Made by a program: the position numbers and the translations under genes. A stretch of 64,000 nucleotides of DNA from Lingula anatina (lineage: Eukaryota > Animalia > Brachiopoda): positions 46,010,401-46,074,400 of the forward strand of contig CM120641.1 of NCBI GenBank assembly GCA_051362555.1, read 5' to 3'. Under the pieces are notes generated by a model that worked only from the letters and a program-made list of their open reading frames with translations, was not told where the DNA came from and ran no database searches. Positions within the stretch are counted from its first letter, which is position 1; each line of letters opens with the position of its first letter. Below, one piece after another: positions 31,886-44,251 of the stretch.

Positions 31886-33289
31886 CTCAGTCTGGCGGAA
31901 TGTTTCAGCTGGATGTTCCCAACTAACACATTCTGAGTCTAAAGAAATTGGCTTTTGAGAAAAAGGATGGGAACATTATCAATACTTTACCTATAATAAG
32001 GTATTCAAAGATAATAATTTTTAAGATAAAGCTTAACGTTTTTGGTAAAATAATATAGTTATTGAAATGTTCAATGTTATTTTTAATAATACGATTTTCA
32101 TGCAGTATATTTTTTATTTAAATGTGTTCAAGGGTATTTACAGTAATTGCTCCAAAATTCTTCAGGCAAAGGATATCTTTGAAACACATGTACAGTCAAT
32201 CAATAATTTAAATGAGAAAAGATAGGAATTTTACAAGGAATTTTCAAAAAAAAAAAGCTCTCTGGACACCGTGGTACCTTTATAAAGTTAGAATTATAAA
32301 AACAAAGGCAGTTTTATTTCTTATAACTATTTATTTAACAATTTGAGCTTTCACAAATACTTCATGAACTTAAATAATTATCTTGGTAATTTGAAATAGG
32401 TGTGTAAAACTACATATTGGCAGTTCATGAAGAATTTTTCATGCATACTGAAATTCTTACAAAATTAAAATAATTTTAAAAGCTTTTACAAGCCCATAAA
32501 CATCAAAATCATCATTTTACAAGCCATGGAACATTGTATATACTGGCCTTTAAAATTGATCTATACTTTTGCACATAACTCTTGCATAGGCAGTATATCC
32601 TGTGCCTAATCAAATAATAAAACTGTAATAGACCAGGAAAAAGACAAAGAAAGGGGAAGTCTGGCATTGCAGAAATTTAGTTGCTGTTTTGTGCGTTTTT
32701 TATTATTTTGTACATTCTTAGATCGCATAAACAGGGGGGTTGATATAGCAGTAAGCCTTCCGTGATGAAGATTTTTATTGTCACTGTCACGAGCACTCAA
32801 AACAATACACTGCACCTTTCAGTATAATCAAAGTACAAAAAAATCATTCCTTTCAATTTGCTGTTATAACTTGTCTGGTTACAACACAGCATGACTAGCC
32901 TTTTTTTATTTATCAATGAAAAAGTAAAACTGTGAATCACTGTCTATGTACATCAACTTTACTCTCCAGTCTTTAGATTTCTTTCCACTCCAGAGCTCAC
33001 CATGCAAACTTAGTAATGATTTAACAGAACGGCATCTAAGCAGCTGAAACAAAATCTAGAGCATCAGCAACAACCATTAAAACTTAATGTGGTGCTATCA
33101 TGCTCCATTATACTTGAATGTTGGCAAATCTTGATGACTTTTGAAAGCACCAGACTAGAGATTGCAGTGTCATCTTTTGAGCACCTTAGCACATCTATTA
33201 TTACTCTGATAACTTCACAGAAATGAAATTATATTCGACTTTTATTTCTTGAACGCTTTCCAGACCATGCTCTAAATCTGCTGTACAAC

Positions 33290-33620
33290 CTAGGTGGACA
33301 GTACACAGGCACCCTTAAATTCCTTCTATATCCTATATGGCAGAGTACACAGGCACTCTAAATACTCTTGTATATCCTAGGTGGGGAGTACACAGGCACC
33401 CTATACACCCCTGTATATCCTGGGTGGGCAGTACACAGGCACCCTATACACCCCTGTATATCCTGGGTGGTGAGTACACAGGCACCCTATACACCCCTGT
33501 ATATCCTGGGTGGGCAGTACACAGGCACCCTATACACCCCTGTATATCCTGGGTGGTGAGTACACAGGCACCCTATACACCCCTGTATATCCTGGGTGGT
33601 GAGTACACAGGCACCCTAAA
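33290..33620. repeat. 43-bp minisatellite (about 8 copies) spanning the stop codon of the MBD-F-box gene
   Basis: Unit agtacacaggcaccctatacacccctgtatatcctgggtgg(gc/tg). gtacacaggc recurs at about 33301, 33344, 33388, 33431, 33474, 33517, 33560 and 33603. Confidence 0.92.
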
Positions 33621-36600
33621 GACTCGTATTTGTGCCTTAGGCAGGAATGCACAAAGCCTGTCCATCAACTGATCAATACTGACATACTCAGGCAACATGG
33701 AGACATCAGACTCGGCACTGTCATGGTTTGTGCTGGCTGGTAGGAAAGGAATACATTCAATTGATTTTTTTGGCGTCCTGTTGCTTCCCTCCCCATTGTC
33801 ACTGCTGCTAGCGTCTTTGTTTTCAGCTGTACTGGATTGGTCATTCTCTCCCTGCTGGTCACTGAGTATCACGGAGCTATTTTTGTCAGGCATAATTCCC
33901 CAGTCCAAGGTTTTGAGGTTAATCAGCTTGCTTACTGCATCGAGAGTATTGGTGTTTACTACAGCTGCCTAGAGGAATCAATAAGGAAAATTCATCAGTT
34001 TAGATAAAGCTAGAGTTATGCTGAAAGTGATTATATTCTTAGTTAGAACTTTCGGAGAAAATGGGAAAGTAAGGATCTGGATTGTCTTTCACAACAGCTT
34101 ATAACCACAAATCAGTACATTATTATCAAGATAATCAAGTGTTATGTTTCAATATATCCAGGTGAGGATGACTAAAAGGACCATATATAGAAAACAAAAT
34201 TACCTGAGGTGTAGTGAGGTTTGGCCATACAGACAGGGTTTTGATGTGTGTTAGCTGCGGCAGTGTAGCAGCCAGGTGACTTCCTATCACAAACATTATC
34301 AGCTCCAGTTGCTCTAACCTAAAATATGCAAGAAAGACATTAGGAAATATCCCATGTGGATACTGTCATGGAAGATAAAGTCACAATTAAATGGTTTATT
34401 TATCCTATCAGAGTTAACTGGATGAATTCATATGATTTACTCTTAACTTAACAAATGCTGACAAGATGAAATGAATACAGAAGAGAACATGTAGAGTGTA
34501 ACAACAGTGTTTCTTTGTATAAAAAGATGGCAAAGGAAATTACATGGGTCTTCTAAGACAAAATATTGCAAAAGTTTGAAGTAATTTTCAATATTTTCAA
34601 TTCAAAATCATTATGAAAATCTGTCAAACTCACTTAGTCAATTCCTTGAGTGAGACGGCTAGTGCACTGTCTGCATTCTCACTTCCATTTTCCAGTCTAA
34701 GTGTGTGCAATTGCTTTAGGTGAGATAGAAGTAGGTACGTCTGGAATAAATAAGAAGTTTGGAGGTCAAGATACCCTCAATAAATAATAAAAATCTAAAA
34801 ACTCAAAATATTTAACAAAAATGTAAATTATAAGAATATACATTAAATTATTTATACATATATAGACTCTAATGACAAATATCTTTCTAAGAGGAAGTAG
34901 CTTCTCTTTGTAACTGCTTTTTTTTTTAAAGGGGTGACCCCTAGAAAATATCTGTTCTCAAGCTTAAAATTAAAGAAAAGTCTAAAAAAAACTGCAATTT
35001 TTGCCAGATACATTGAACAAGTTTCAAGTCAAAAGGTAAAATGGTTTTCCACTTATCGTGTTATCGGTAAAAGTGCACGGCGACGACGGCAACGACGGCG
35101 ACGACAGACGCAGATGATGGCAATATGTACAGACACATCTGTGTCTGTTCATAAAAATAACATTGCTGAATATCAAAATCCGAGCCTACTTCTGCACTCC
35201 ATGTTGTACAATCTCCAATTTCTAAGACTTCCAAATTTTCCAGTTGTCCTATGAAAGCAAATTCCACATCTGGAACATTCTTCATTGTAGTAAGTGACTG
35301 AAATAACAAAGCAATTATAGTTAATTTTATGATGATGCTATATTTCAAACACTATATGAATGATAGTCATAGAAATACTATGATAGCCGAGTCAACTTAT
35401 CTTATATCTACTTTCAAAACATAGTATGCAAAAACTCTTACTATGCCAACCGTAATTGATCATGTTGTCTAATATCAAATTAGTGTTCTTTTTCATGATT
35501 TAAATTTTATAAATGTTTCAAACATGACACTAACTCTTATAACAGTAATTGATTGAAAATTTTACTTATTAAAAACATTATTTCTTTACCAAAATCCTTA
35601 AGTTTTTCAGTTTTCCAAAATCTGCCAGTCCCCCACTGAATGCGAAGGCTGGTAATACCAGTCCACACAAACCCCTCAGTCTCAGTTCCTGAAGATTGGC
35701 GAGCTGAATGAACTTCCCCAGGTCTATCTTTGTATTTGTTGACCTAAAATTTGTACCAATAGCTCATGAGTATTACAAAATACAATAGACTTGGCATATT
35801 ACTGAACTTCTGGAGCAAAAATAAATTTGAGTTACCAACAGATCGTGACCGAAAGAAAGATGCTGCACGTTTGTCATTAAGTTGATCTTGAATATCTATC
35901 ATCTGATATTTATTCTCAGCTTGTTCATTTTAGGTATGCCTTGGTATTCATGCGAATATAGACTAAGTTTCACAGAAAATTAATTTTGTTTTTTGCTATA
36001 TAACCATCTTAAACGTATAGAATGTACACAAATGGATAAAGCTGGTAACTCTGATCTTTACCACTCACCACATCTGTGGCTCTGTAGTGGTATCAGTGAT
36101 CCACTCTGCTGTTAAGACCTCCAAGTTGGGCATCCTCTCTGCCACGTGCTGTAGAATAATGGCAGGAGCTCGTCCAAAGTCTATCCGCCTGAGACTGGTG
36201 AGCTCACCCAAGACCGCCGTCATCTGGTGCCAGGTCCTGTTCCTGTCCTCTCTGTGCAACAAACCACGCATGTCCTGAAGAGAGGGACAAAGTGGGGTCA
36301 AGTTCAAGGTCAGATTTTTTTTTTAAAGTTCAAGATCAAATGAAATGCCTCATGTAGATAACTTTTAGATACATAGAGAAGTTTCAAGTTAAGCAATTCA
36401 AGGCAAAGACTTATTGAGAAGAATTATCCAACATTCAACTATATATCCTCTTCAGAAGAGACATTTTAAAACATTTTTTCTAGCCAAAAACTATCAAACT
36501 CCTCTGAAGCATTTTAATATGTTTTAAACTGAGCTCACCAGTGTGTGCGTGTTGAACTTCTTGAAGTGTCTGGCAGCAGCTTCCCAATCAGAGATACAAC

Positions 36601-39600
36601 TGTCTTTTAACCTCACATGTGTCCACTAGAAGTGATGGAAAATAATTATCTAATTACAAATTCATAGTGGGTATCAGCTTCAATCCTATACTACTTCATT
36701 TACATTATATAGACTAACAATATTTGAGGTATATCTACATTTCACATAATTAATACATCTTTCTGTCATTAGCTTCATACACAGTTTCATAATTCTACAG
36801 AGGCAAGTTCAAAGTGTGTATGAAGACCTTGAAATTACACGTTTACACCATAGTTGAGACTGAAATCACTGCAGGTTGGCAATCTGTATAGGAGAGATAC
36901 AGAACATCTGACTAAATGCAAGTTTGGGTTTGTTTAAAAAAAAAACATGTAGCTCCATATACACATTCAGACCACGCTCATATTCAAACATTTTACCAGC
37001 TGGATCAATCCAACTCTGCAGGGACTCTCATTAAAGTGCACTCGGTGTAACCAGGCTTATTGTCTGATACACCTTCTTTAGTTGCTAGCTAATTAGTTAA
37101 TTACCCATTACCAACTTGAGGACAACGTGTCAGACATTTAGGCAGATTGCAGTGATTGCACTTAGGGAGATCTGCAGAGTTGGATATATCCAACACTGGG
37201 TTAGCGCTAACACTTGCCAATTTAGCCAAATGCTAAAACTTACTTAAATTGGCTAAAGAAAAAGGGCTTGATTTGAATTGTTTTAGTCATATTACAATCA
37301 CTTTGATAACAAATTGGCAAAAAAGTGGTGATTTGGCTAAGCGAAAAAAAAATTGCTAGCGCTACCCCAGCAACATACAATGGATATATCAAAATGTTCC
37401 ATAGGAGCACAGATATACAATAGTATAATCCATATTGCTTTCATGTCTGCCATACTCACAAAGGAGATCTGACTGATAATGTTCCTCCAAGTTCTGCACA
37501 CTCTGCTAGCCCTAAGAAGTTCTGCTGTCGTAAGATATTGGAACACATGCATAAGGCTGTCAAAGCCCATGTGAAATGCTCTAAAGTGACACATTTTCGA
37601 CTGATCTAATGTTTTTATTCTGACAGACCGCCGAGGCTGTTTTGTATTGTCCATAGAAATATTTTTGTCTGAATTTTCTGCGTTATCACCATTCTCCCCT
37701 TTTGATTCATCAAAGGGTTTTTGCTGTAAACTGACTGCGCGACTGACAGCAGCCTGTATGTCACTAGACGATCCAGCGTTCGTAACAGTTGAAGTTGAAC
37801 TAGTTGTGGCCACAGTAGCAACTTTTGTCGATGCCGTAACTGGTAATGTATTTGATGGGAGCATAATCTTAATCCCTTTGCTGGTTGGTACAAAACACGT
37901 TGGAGGAATCATGTATGTTTGATTGTTCAGTTTAATGGCCAAAGGCTGGCTTAGGTTAATTTTTTTCACAACTCCCATAGGAAGTGTCAAAAGCTGACAT
38001 TTTTGAGATCCATCTTGCTGGTTGATCACTTGGATCTTTGGGGAATGTGACGGGCTTTCGCCTGGACTAGAACACGGAGAAGAGGGAACTGCAAATCGTG
38101 TGAATGCCATAGGCGGCACTGGTTGAGGCACCATGGACACTGGTGGCGCAGGCCCCGAGACACTAATGACAGGAAGTGGCGCAACTGGCAAGCGCGTGAA
38201 TATCATATTAGGTCGTGGAGCCCCGGGGGCAGCTTGCAAAATGCTGGGCGGGCCCATAGGTGAGCTGTCCTCACGCGTCAGACGTGCTGTTGGAGCTTTG
38301 ACAAGAGGAGGTGGAGGTGGAGCAGTCTTCAAACTGATTGGGGTCACCTCTGGCACCTGATTCAGTATAGACCTGATGGCCCCACTGGAACTTACTGGAG
38401 TGGTGCTGCCACTGGCCTGACTAGATTCCAAGGGAGTATTTTGCACTATAGACATAACACCAGTAATTTTCAACTCCAAGTCGTCCTCTGACTTTGTTTG
38501 TTTTTGATCCTTAGATTTGACAAACTCTTCGAGTTTTTGTTTGGTCCATATGCTAGGCTTCATGGTCCAGTTGCTAGGCTTCATCACCAGGGCATCTGCT
38601 TGGGTAGGGCTGGTGTCTTTGAGCAGTGAAACATCTGCCTTCTTCACTGAATCCTTACACCTCTGAAAGTGTAGGCTAAAATTATGACTTTGGCATGTTC
38701 TTATCTTCCAAAATACTTATTTATCCAAATAGTTGATGTGTCAATTATGCACAACTTTCAAACACTACATTTATTCCAGATCTTTTTATTTTTAAATTAA
38801 CCTATTAACCATTGAAGAAGTAGGGAAAGTAATGCACAACATCAGACAAATATACTAACAGGTAATTTTTCTTTTACCATTCTCATTTTATTTTTATTCA
38901 TGAAGGCCAGAAGATAATTTAGATTACGAAAATGCCTCACCAAGCATATGAAGAGAGCCTCTCTTGTGCTCCCGATGAAATTGACACACTGCGGATGGAA
39001 CAGACACATGCAGACCCCACACTGTAAAGATGGAGGCGCGCCGTCTAACCCGGGACAATTCAAAGAACACAGACTCTGGTCAGGACTCTTTAGGCTATAA
39101 AATATGAAAAATTTGATGAAAAAAATGAAACTTTTGATTCCAAATAAACCTACAGATCATTATAAGCCTATATGCATTTATGATTGTATAAAAAATTTAA
39201 TCAATTGTATAAATTGCACAGGACATGTAATTATTAATTTAAATGCACCCTTTTAGTGTTCAAATTATTCAATCTGAGCAGTTCTCAGTACTCACACTAG
39301 ATGATTCCGGTGTTTGTCTCCCACAACAAAAGACTTCACAACCGAAGCTCCTTTCTTAGTCCCGGAATCGCTTACACCAACAGGTGAACTTTTCTCAGCC
39401 TCATCAACAGGAAACACTAGTTTGATCTTTTTGGGAGCAGGTCCTGCACTCTTTTCTTTTTCTGTTGTTAATCCAACATTTTCTATTTTCTCTGGTTTTG
39501 AGTCCTGTTCTGGTATTTTAATATCCGCCAGTTTTTTAGGAGCAGCCGGCCTCCCCCTTTTCTTTTTCTGCCTGGGGTGTTTTGTGGTTCTTGTGTCTGA

Positions 39601-42600
39601 CCAAGATGTGGATGTCGCATTGTTCAACATGTCAAGCATTTCTTTAGTAGGACTACCAAAGGACGGGCTGGCGGTTAAACTTTTACGCCCAGCATGCCTG
39701 TTGGCCGTGCGCACCATTTCATAGGGTTCCTTGTAGATGGGCTTCCGTATGAAGGAGAAACAGTCCAGATTGAGATCTGTATTACCTTGCATGTCCACTA
39801 AGGAAGAAAATCAGAAGCCATTTCTTGTAAATATCAAACACATTTCTATAATTTTGTTCTTTAAGTCATGTTGAACAAAACCAAACATTATCAGTCACAT
39901 AATTTACAGCAGAGCCATTTATTTATTTATTATTATTTCTGATAATAAACCATGTGGGCACTGCAACTTAAGAAAATTGTAAATATTGACAAGAAATTAT
40001 AAGTGATCACCCCTTTTCCCTTTTACTTACAGTATTCCTGAACCTTCACAAGTGACCTCTAAAAGAAGAAAATATCTTTTGACTTCCTGACAGTGATTGT
40101 AATATGATTCACAAACCAATTTCTTATTTAGGAATATTTTTAATGAAAAAGAATGCAGATTTATATTAAAGCTAGATAAAAGATCATTAAAGTAGCATGT
40201 AGTTTTCTACTTAGTCTATTAAAAAACTCTTACTTCATATTTACAAGTAAAATACTACCAATTAGGCAATCCTTATTTTATAGAGAAAAATACAATACAT
40301 TAATATTAAATGTGTCAAATATAAAAATTAAGTCAGTATTTCACACATCTAATGGAAATGTTCCACAAATACAACGTAACGAGTGGTGTCAGTGGGATAT
40401 TTATATGTGATTAAAACAAATGAGGAAAAAACAACTATAGTATAAGACATATGAAAAAATTAATTATACTGTACACTAACTCTAAAATCAAAGAAAAACC
40501 CATCATAATCATATTACAAAAGTATATTGTGTCACAAGAGAACTCAAGACTAAAAATCAATCTTAACTTTCGGATCAAAATTTTAGTCTAATTCAATCCA
40601 AACTAAGACCATAGTAGTCCACTAAAATAACACAACTATTGGTCTAGTACATTGACAACATGGATGGGACGGCCATTTGGTGAAAAAAATTAGAAAGGGG
40701 GTTCCCAAAAAGACAGAAATCGATAGTTGGAAAAATCTCATCGCTGTAGCAATTCCTCACTTGTAGAAAAAGGGAGGCAATGATCCATGCAACTGGACTA
40801 CTACTTATCTGTCCTGAATGAAGATGGCAAATTTTGGTATGAATGTCAAGACCCAAATTTTGGACTAAAGTTCTTTTGTGAAACGGGCCTCAGAGCCCCA
40901 AAAAACCAACATACCAGTTTTCTACCCTCTGGGTTGTAGTAATAAACATCAGCTTGGTTGCTTTTCCGTTTGTTCCCAGATACGGTTAAGCCTTCAAGTT
41001 GGTTGCGAATCACTAACTCCCTTTTCCACCCTATCAGTTGAATATAGAGACAGGAACGTGACAATTCTGCAGGTGCAGTATTTCCAACCCATCTTGAAAT
41101 CCATGCACACATTTTACCTTTCATGGTGGATATAAACTTATCACCTGCTAAACTGGAACTCAATTTTCACAAGATTCCTTTCAAGTTCTATTCAATACTT
41201 TTTAGGGTGAAGAATTAGGTGCCTGCATCCCAGTTTTTGAGTGGTGAGTGGGATTCAGCCATTTTGGTTAGTCCAGGGCATGAACAACAGATTTAACAAT
41301 AACCTATATAAATCTAATCTAATAAAATAAAATAAAATGAGAAATCATTTATGGAGTAGAGCCAGTTAGTAAGTAACAAGCATATACACACCATGAAGGA
41401 TTTATCACACACTAAAATAAAAAACACATCAACAGTGCAGCCGCTATTTGCGTACCAGTTTTCTTCCATCTGGCGTGAAATAGTATGTGTCAGCCAGTGT
41501 GGAGATCTTTTTGCCATCTTTGGTCAAGCCGCCTTCATAATTTCTTATCACCACTTCACGCTTCCAACCTATTACATGCATCATAATGAAAACCAAATTA
41601 AATACTGGAGTTTTCCTGTCTTGATTAGTGCTGCCCTCTCAAGTCTTGCAACCTAAATTTGGTATATACAGCAATTTCAGCTAGAAAGCACAAGTGAATT
41701 AATTTTACTTCAACTGTCAGATTTTTTTTCAAATTAAGAATGGTTTCTTTACCACCTGTTTTTGAACCATCTGAATGTACACTAGCACAAGTGAAAGTGA
41801 TTTTCAAATATAAATTTTCATAAGGAAATTATATCAATTTGTTAACATTCTATATGACACATGAGGAATAATATTTAAATGTTAAAACCCCATCTGTACA
41901 ATTCATAAAATGTAAATCGAACAACAATCAAAAACATTTTGTGCTGAAAATATAATTTTCCCAGTCAACTTCATAATAAAATTAACTTTTATTCTCCTTG
42001 CAACAAAGTACTTTCTTTTTTTTTCTTCTTTCTCAACCTACCTTGTTCAAATGGCATTCTTAGTTTGGCACTTTTGGGTCCAACTTTCACTAGAAAAAAG
42101 TTATAAATACTAGTTAAAAGAATCATATCATTTGCAAGCATTTGATAATTTTAAATGATCCAAAAATAAAATCTTGCCAAAAAAATCCAACATATAACTG
42201 GTACATTATTGATATGTCCTTGTCATGTGCATTACAAACAGTGACAATTTTGTCAAAGTAACTGATAAATAGTATCTAAATTATCATATTAAATAAGCGA
42301 ATAAATGTCTTAAGACCTATTTTTTCTGCTTTTTTTTTCAAGATTTCTGAATCCCATGGAATATTTGTCAACATACTTCAAAACCACTTACTTAAGATTC
42401 ATTCACTCAAAAATTCTTTTACAAAATCCCTCCATGTCAATTCTGATAAAAAACTTGTTAAAAAATATTAAGCGAACTGGCTGCACACAAATAAGGCAAA
42501 GTACGGCTATTCCTCTATTGGAAGTACTTACTAGATTTGTTTGATCTCCGTTCTTTCTTTGCAGGACCTGACTCCATTTCTATGCCAGGATCCTCTTCAT

Positions 42601-44251
42601 CATTGTCTGCCACATAGTCTGGCTCAATCTTGATCTTGTACATCAAACCATCTGTTTGATTTCCATCAAAAAACTCATCCACTGGTTCTGATTTTACAGT
42701 CACGCCACTAGATTTATCTAGGGTAGGAGATTCTTCTTCATTTTCAAGATTGGTTTCTGTGTCCATTTCACTTTCATCAACTCTTTGGTCATTTTTTTCC
42801 ATATCATCATCGTCCTTGTCACCTTCATTTTCAGTGTCTTTGTTACTGCACTCTCTGTCTTCATTTTTGTTTTCAGAGGCATCTGGTAAAGCATTTCTTT
42901 CAATGTCTTTATCACCCATGCTCTGATTCACTGTATCTGTAGTGTCATCCTCCATGCTCTTGCTGTCAATGTCACTGTTACACCCAGCACCACTGTTTTC
43001 AGTCCCCTGCTCTATCTCTCCTGTTTGAGCCTCGCTAAAACTGTCGTCACCAACATCAGCACCAATGATGTCATCGTCTCCCTCCATCCCGCTTTTGGGT
43101 TGCAGTGAAATTTCCTCTTCTTCCCCTAAACTTCCTTCCATACTGTTGTTCTCGTCACTTTTTGAAAGGTCCTTTTCCTCTTCATTTTTATCTGAGTGAG
43201 GAGACAATAGGCAGACTTCATCTTCATCACCATTATTTCCTTTATCAATTTTGCCCTCAACCATGGCCACATCAGAATTAACGTTATTGCACTCAGCAGT
43301 GGCCATTACATCATCTTGATTTGTTCCCTGGAAGTTATTGTCTAATTCTTCTTGCCGCAGGGTATTTTTCTCACAAGCAGAGTCTAACGAAGGAATCACC
43401 TTTGAATTTTCACAGCTTACTTTCTTTGATTGGTCCCTTACGATCTCCTTCTCCTCTCCTTCACATAACGTTACAGCTTCCATTTTGTTTTCCCTACCAC
43501 TATTAAAACTGTCACTGTTTGTTCTGTGAGCATCAGTTTCAGTCTGATTTTCGTTTGTTTTCCCCGTAACTTGATCATGAGCACTTTGGGAAATGTCCCT
43601 TGGAAGATTAAATTCTAAAATGTCTGTTCTGTCACCTTCCTCGTCAGTAGCAGCACCACTTGCTACAGGGTGCTCCACAACATTTTCACCCTGTTTGCCT
43701 CTAACTCCTACTTGATTATCATGTGAAGTTGGTAAATTGAATGGCAGAAATGCAGAGACGGACTCAGTGCCACTGTGTAATTTTTGGTGTCCAGTCTGGG
43801 TCACTGTCATCTTAGGAGCCACAGGTGTAGAAGTAAGCACACAGTCCTTTTGCAGAAACCCCGCCATACTTGTTAATGGGGGTGGAGGGGGGAGTGTGTG
43901 AAAGTACCCCTCTCCAGGACGTTGAAGAAATCCCATAGGCTCTTCAAAAGCACCAAAGCCCTGTGAGGCATCAGGCTGTCTCATGGTATAATGGTTAAAC
44001 CCAGGGGGCATCAAGCCTGGGTGTGGTGGATGGGAGGACGCTGGTGGATAGTCCCCTAATGATCTCCCTGGCGAGAGGTGGGTGGCAAAAGCTGGAGATG
44101 GCCCATTAAAAGGAGGCGATACTCCATTAAAAGGTGGCGATACTCCGTTAAAAGGAGGCGATGACCCATTAAACGGAGGTGACATTGGTGGAAAGTAGCC
44201 TCCGCCCTGCACCCACATGTTTGGATTGTTGCCAAAATGATTGGGATCCAT
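33573..44251 (-). CDS. MBD + AT-hook + PHD-like finger + F-box + leucine-rich-repeat protein (14 coding exons)
   Basis: Exons: 42532-44251 (ATG inferred; acceptor at 44296), 42042-42089, 40915-41030, 40031-40058, 39296-39797, 38941-39094, 37460-38662, 36539-36625, 36069-36274, 35590-35743, 35190-35297, 34634-34740, 34204-34318, 33573-33968. All are GT-AG with consistent phase. MBD LRMPFEQGWKRELVIR...ADVYYYNPEGRKLRSLVKVQEYL...LDCFSF; AT-hook KKRGRP; CSLNC...QCGVCMCLFHPQC...FICLRC; F-box FDSLMHVFQYLTTAELLRASRVCRTWRNI...W; LRRs such as LANLQELRL, LKNLRILSL, LENLEVLEI, LKQLHTLRL. Confidence 0.9.
35040..35157 (+). mobile_element. 3' end of a Helentron-type non-autonomous element ((GAC/GGC) microsatellite plus terminal hairpin); same family as about 54925-55050
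   Basis: ccacttat.gtgtta...aaagtgcacggcgac...gacagacgcag.tgatggcaatatgtacagacacatctgtgtctgt.cataaaaa is present at both sites. Confidence 0.7.
37196..37370. mobile_element. MITE with TIR CTGGG(G/T)TAGCGCTA; inverted partial copy at about 45130-45280
   Basis: Ends ctgggttagcgcta / tagcgctaccccag with CAACA flanking both sides. The body reverse-complements to about 45130-45280 (cgcttagccaaatca.cactttttt, caaatcaagcccttt, ttttagcatttggct). Confidence 0.7.

Noticed and set aside
33290-33620. 43-bp array as a CRISPR locus, or the plus-strand ORFs 33337-33672 and 33368-33559 as genes
   Set aside because: Head-to-tail units with no unique spacers, eukaryotic context and no cas genes. The ORFs are by-products of the repeat.
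34934-35254. Arg-rich ORF (RRRRQRRRRQ) and its counterpart at 54943-55143
   Set aside because: Translation of the microsatellite of a repeat element.
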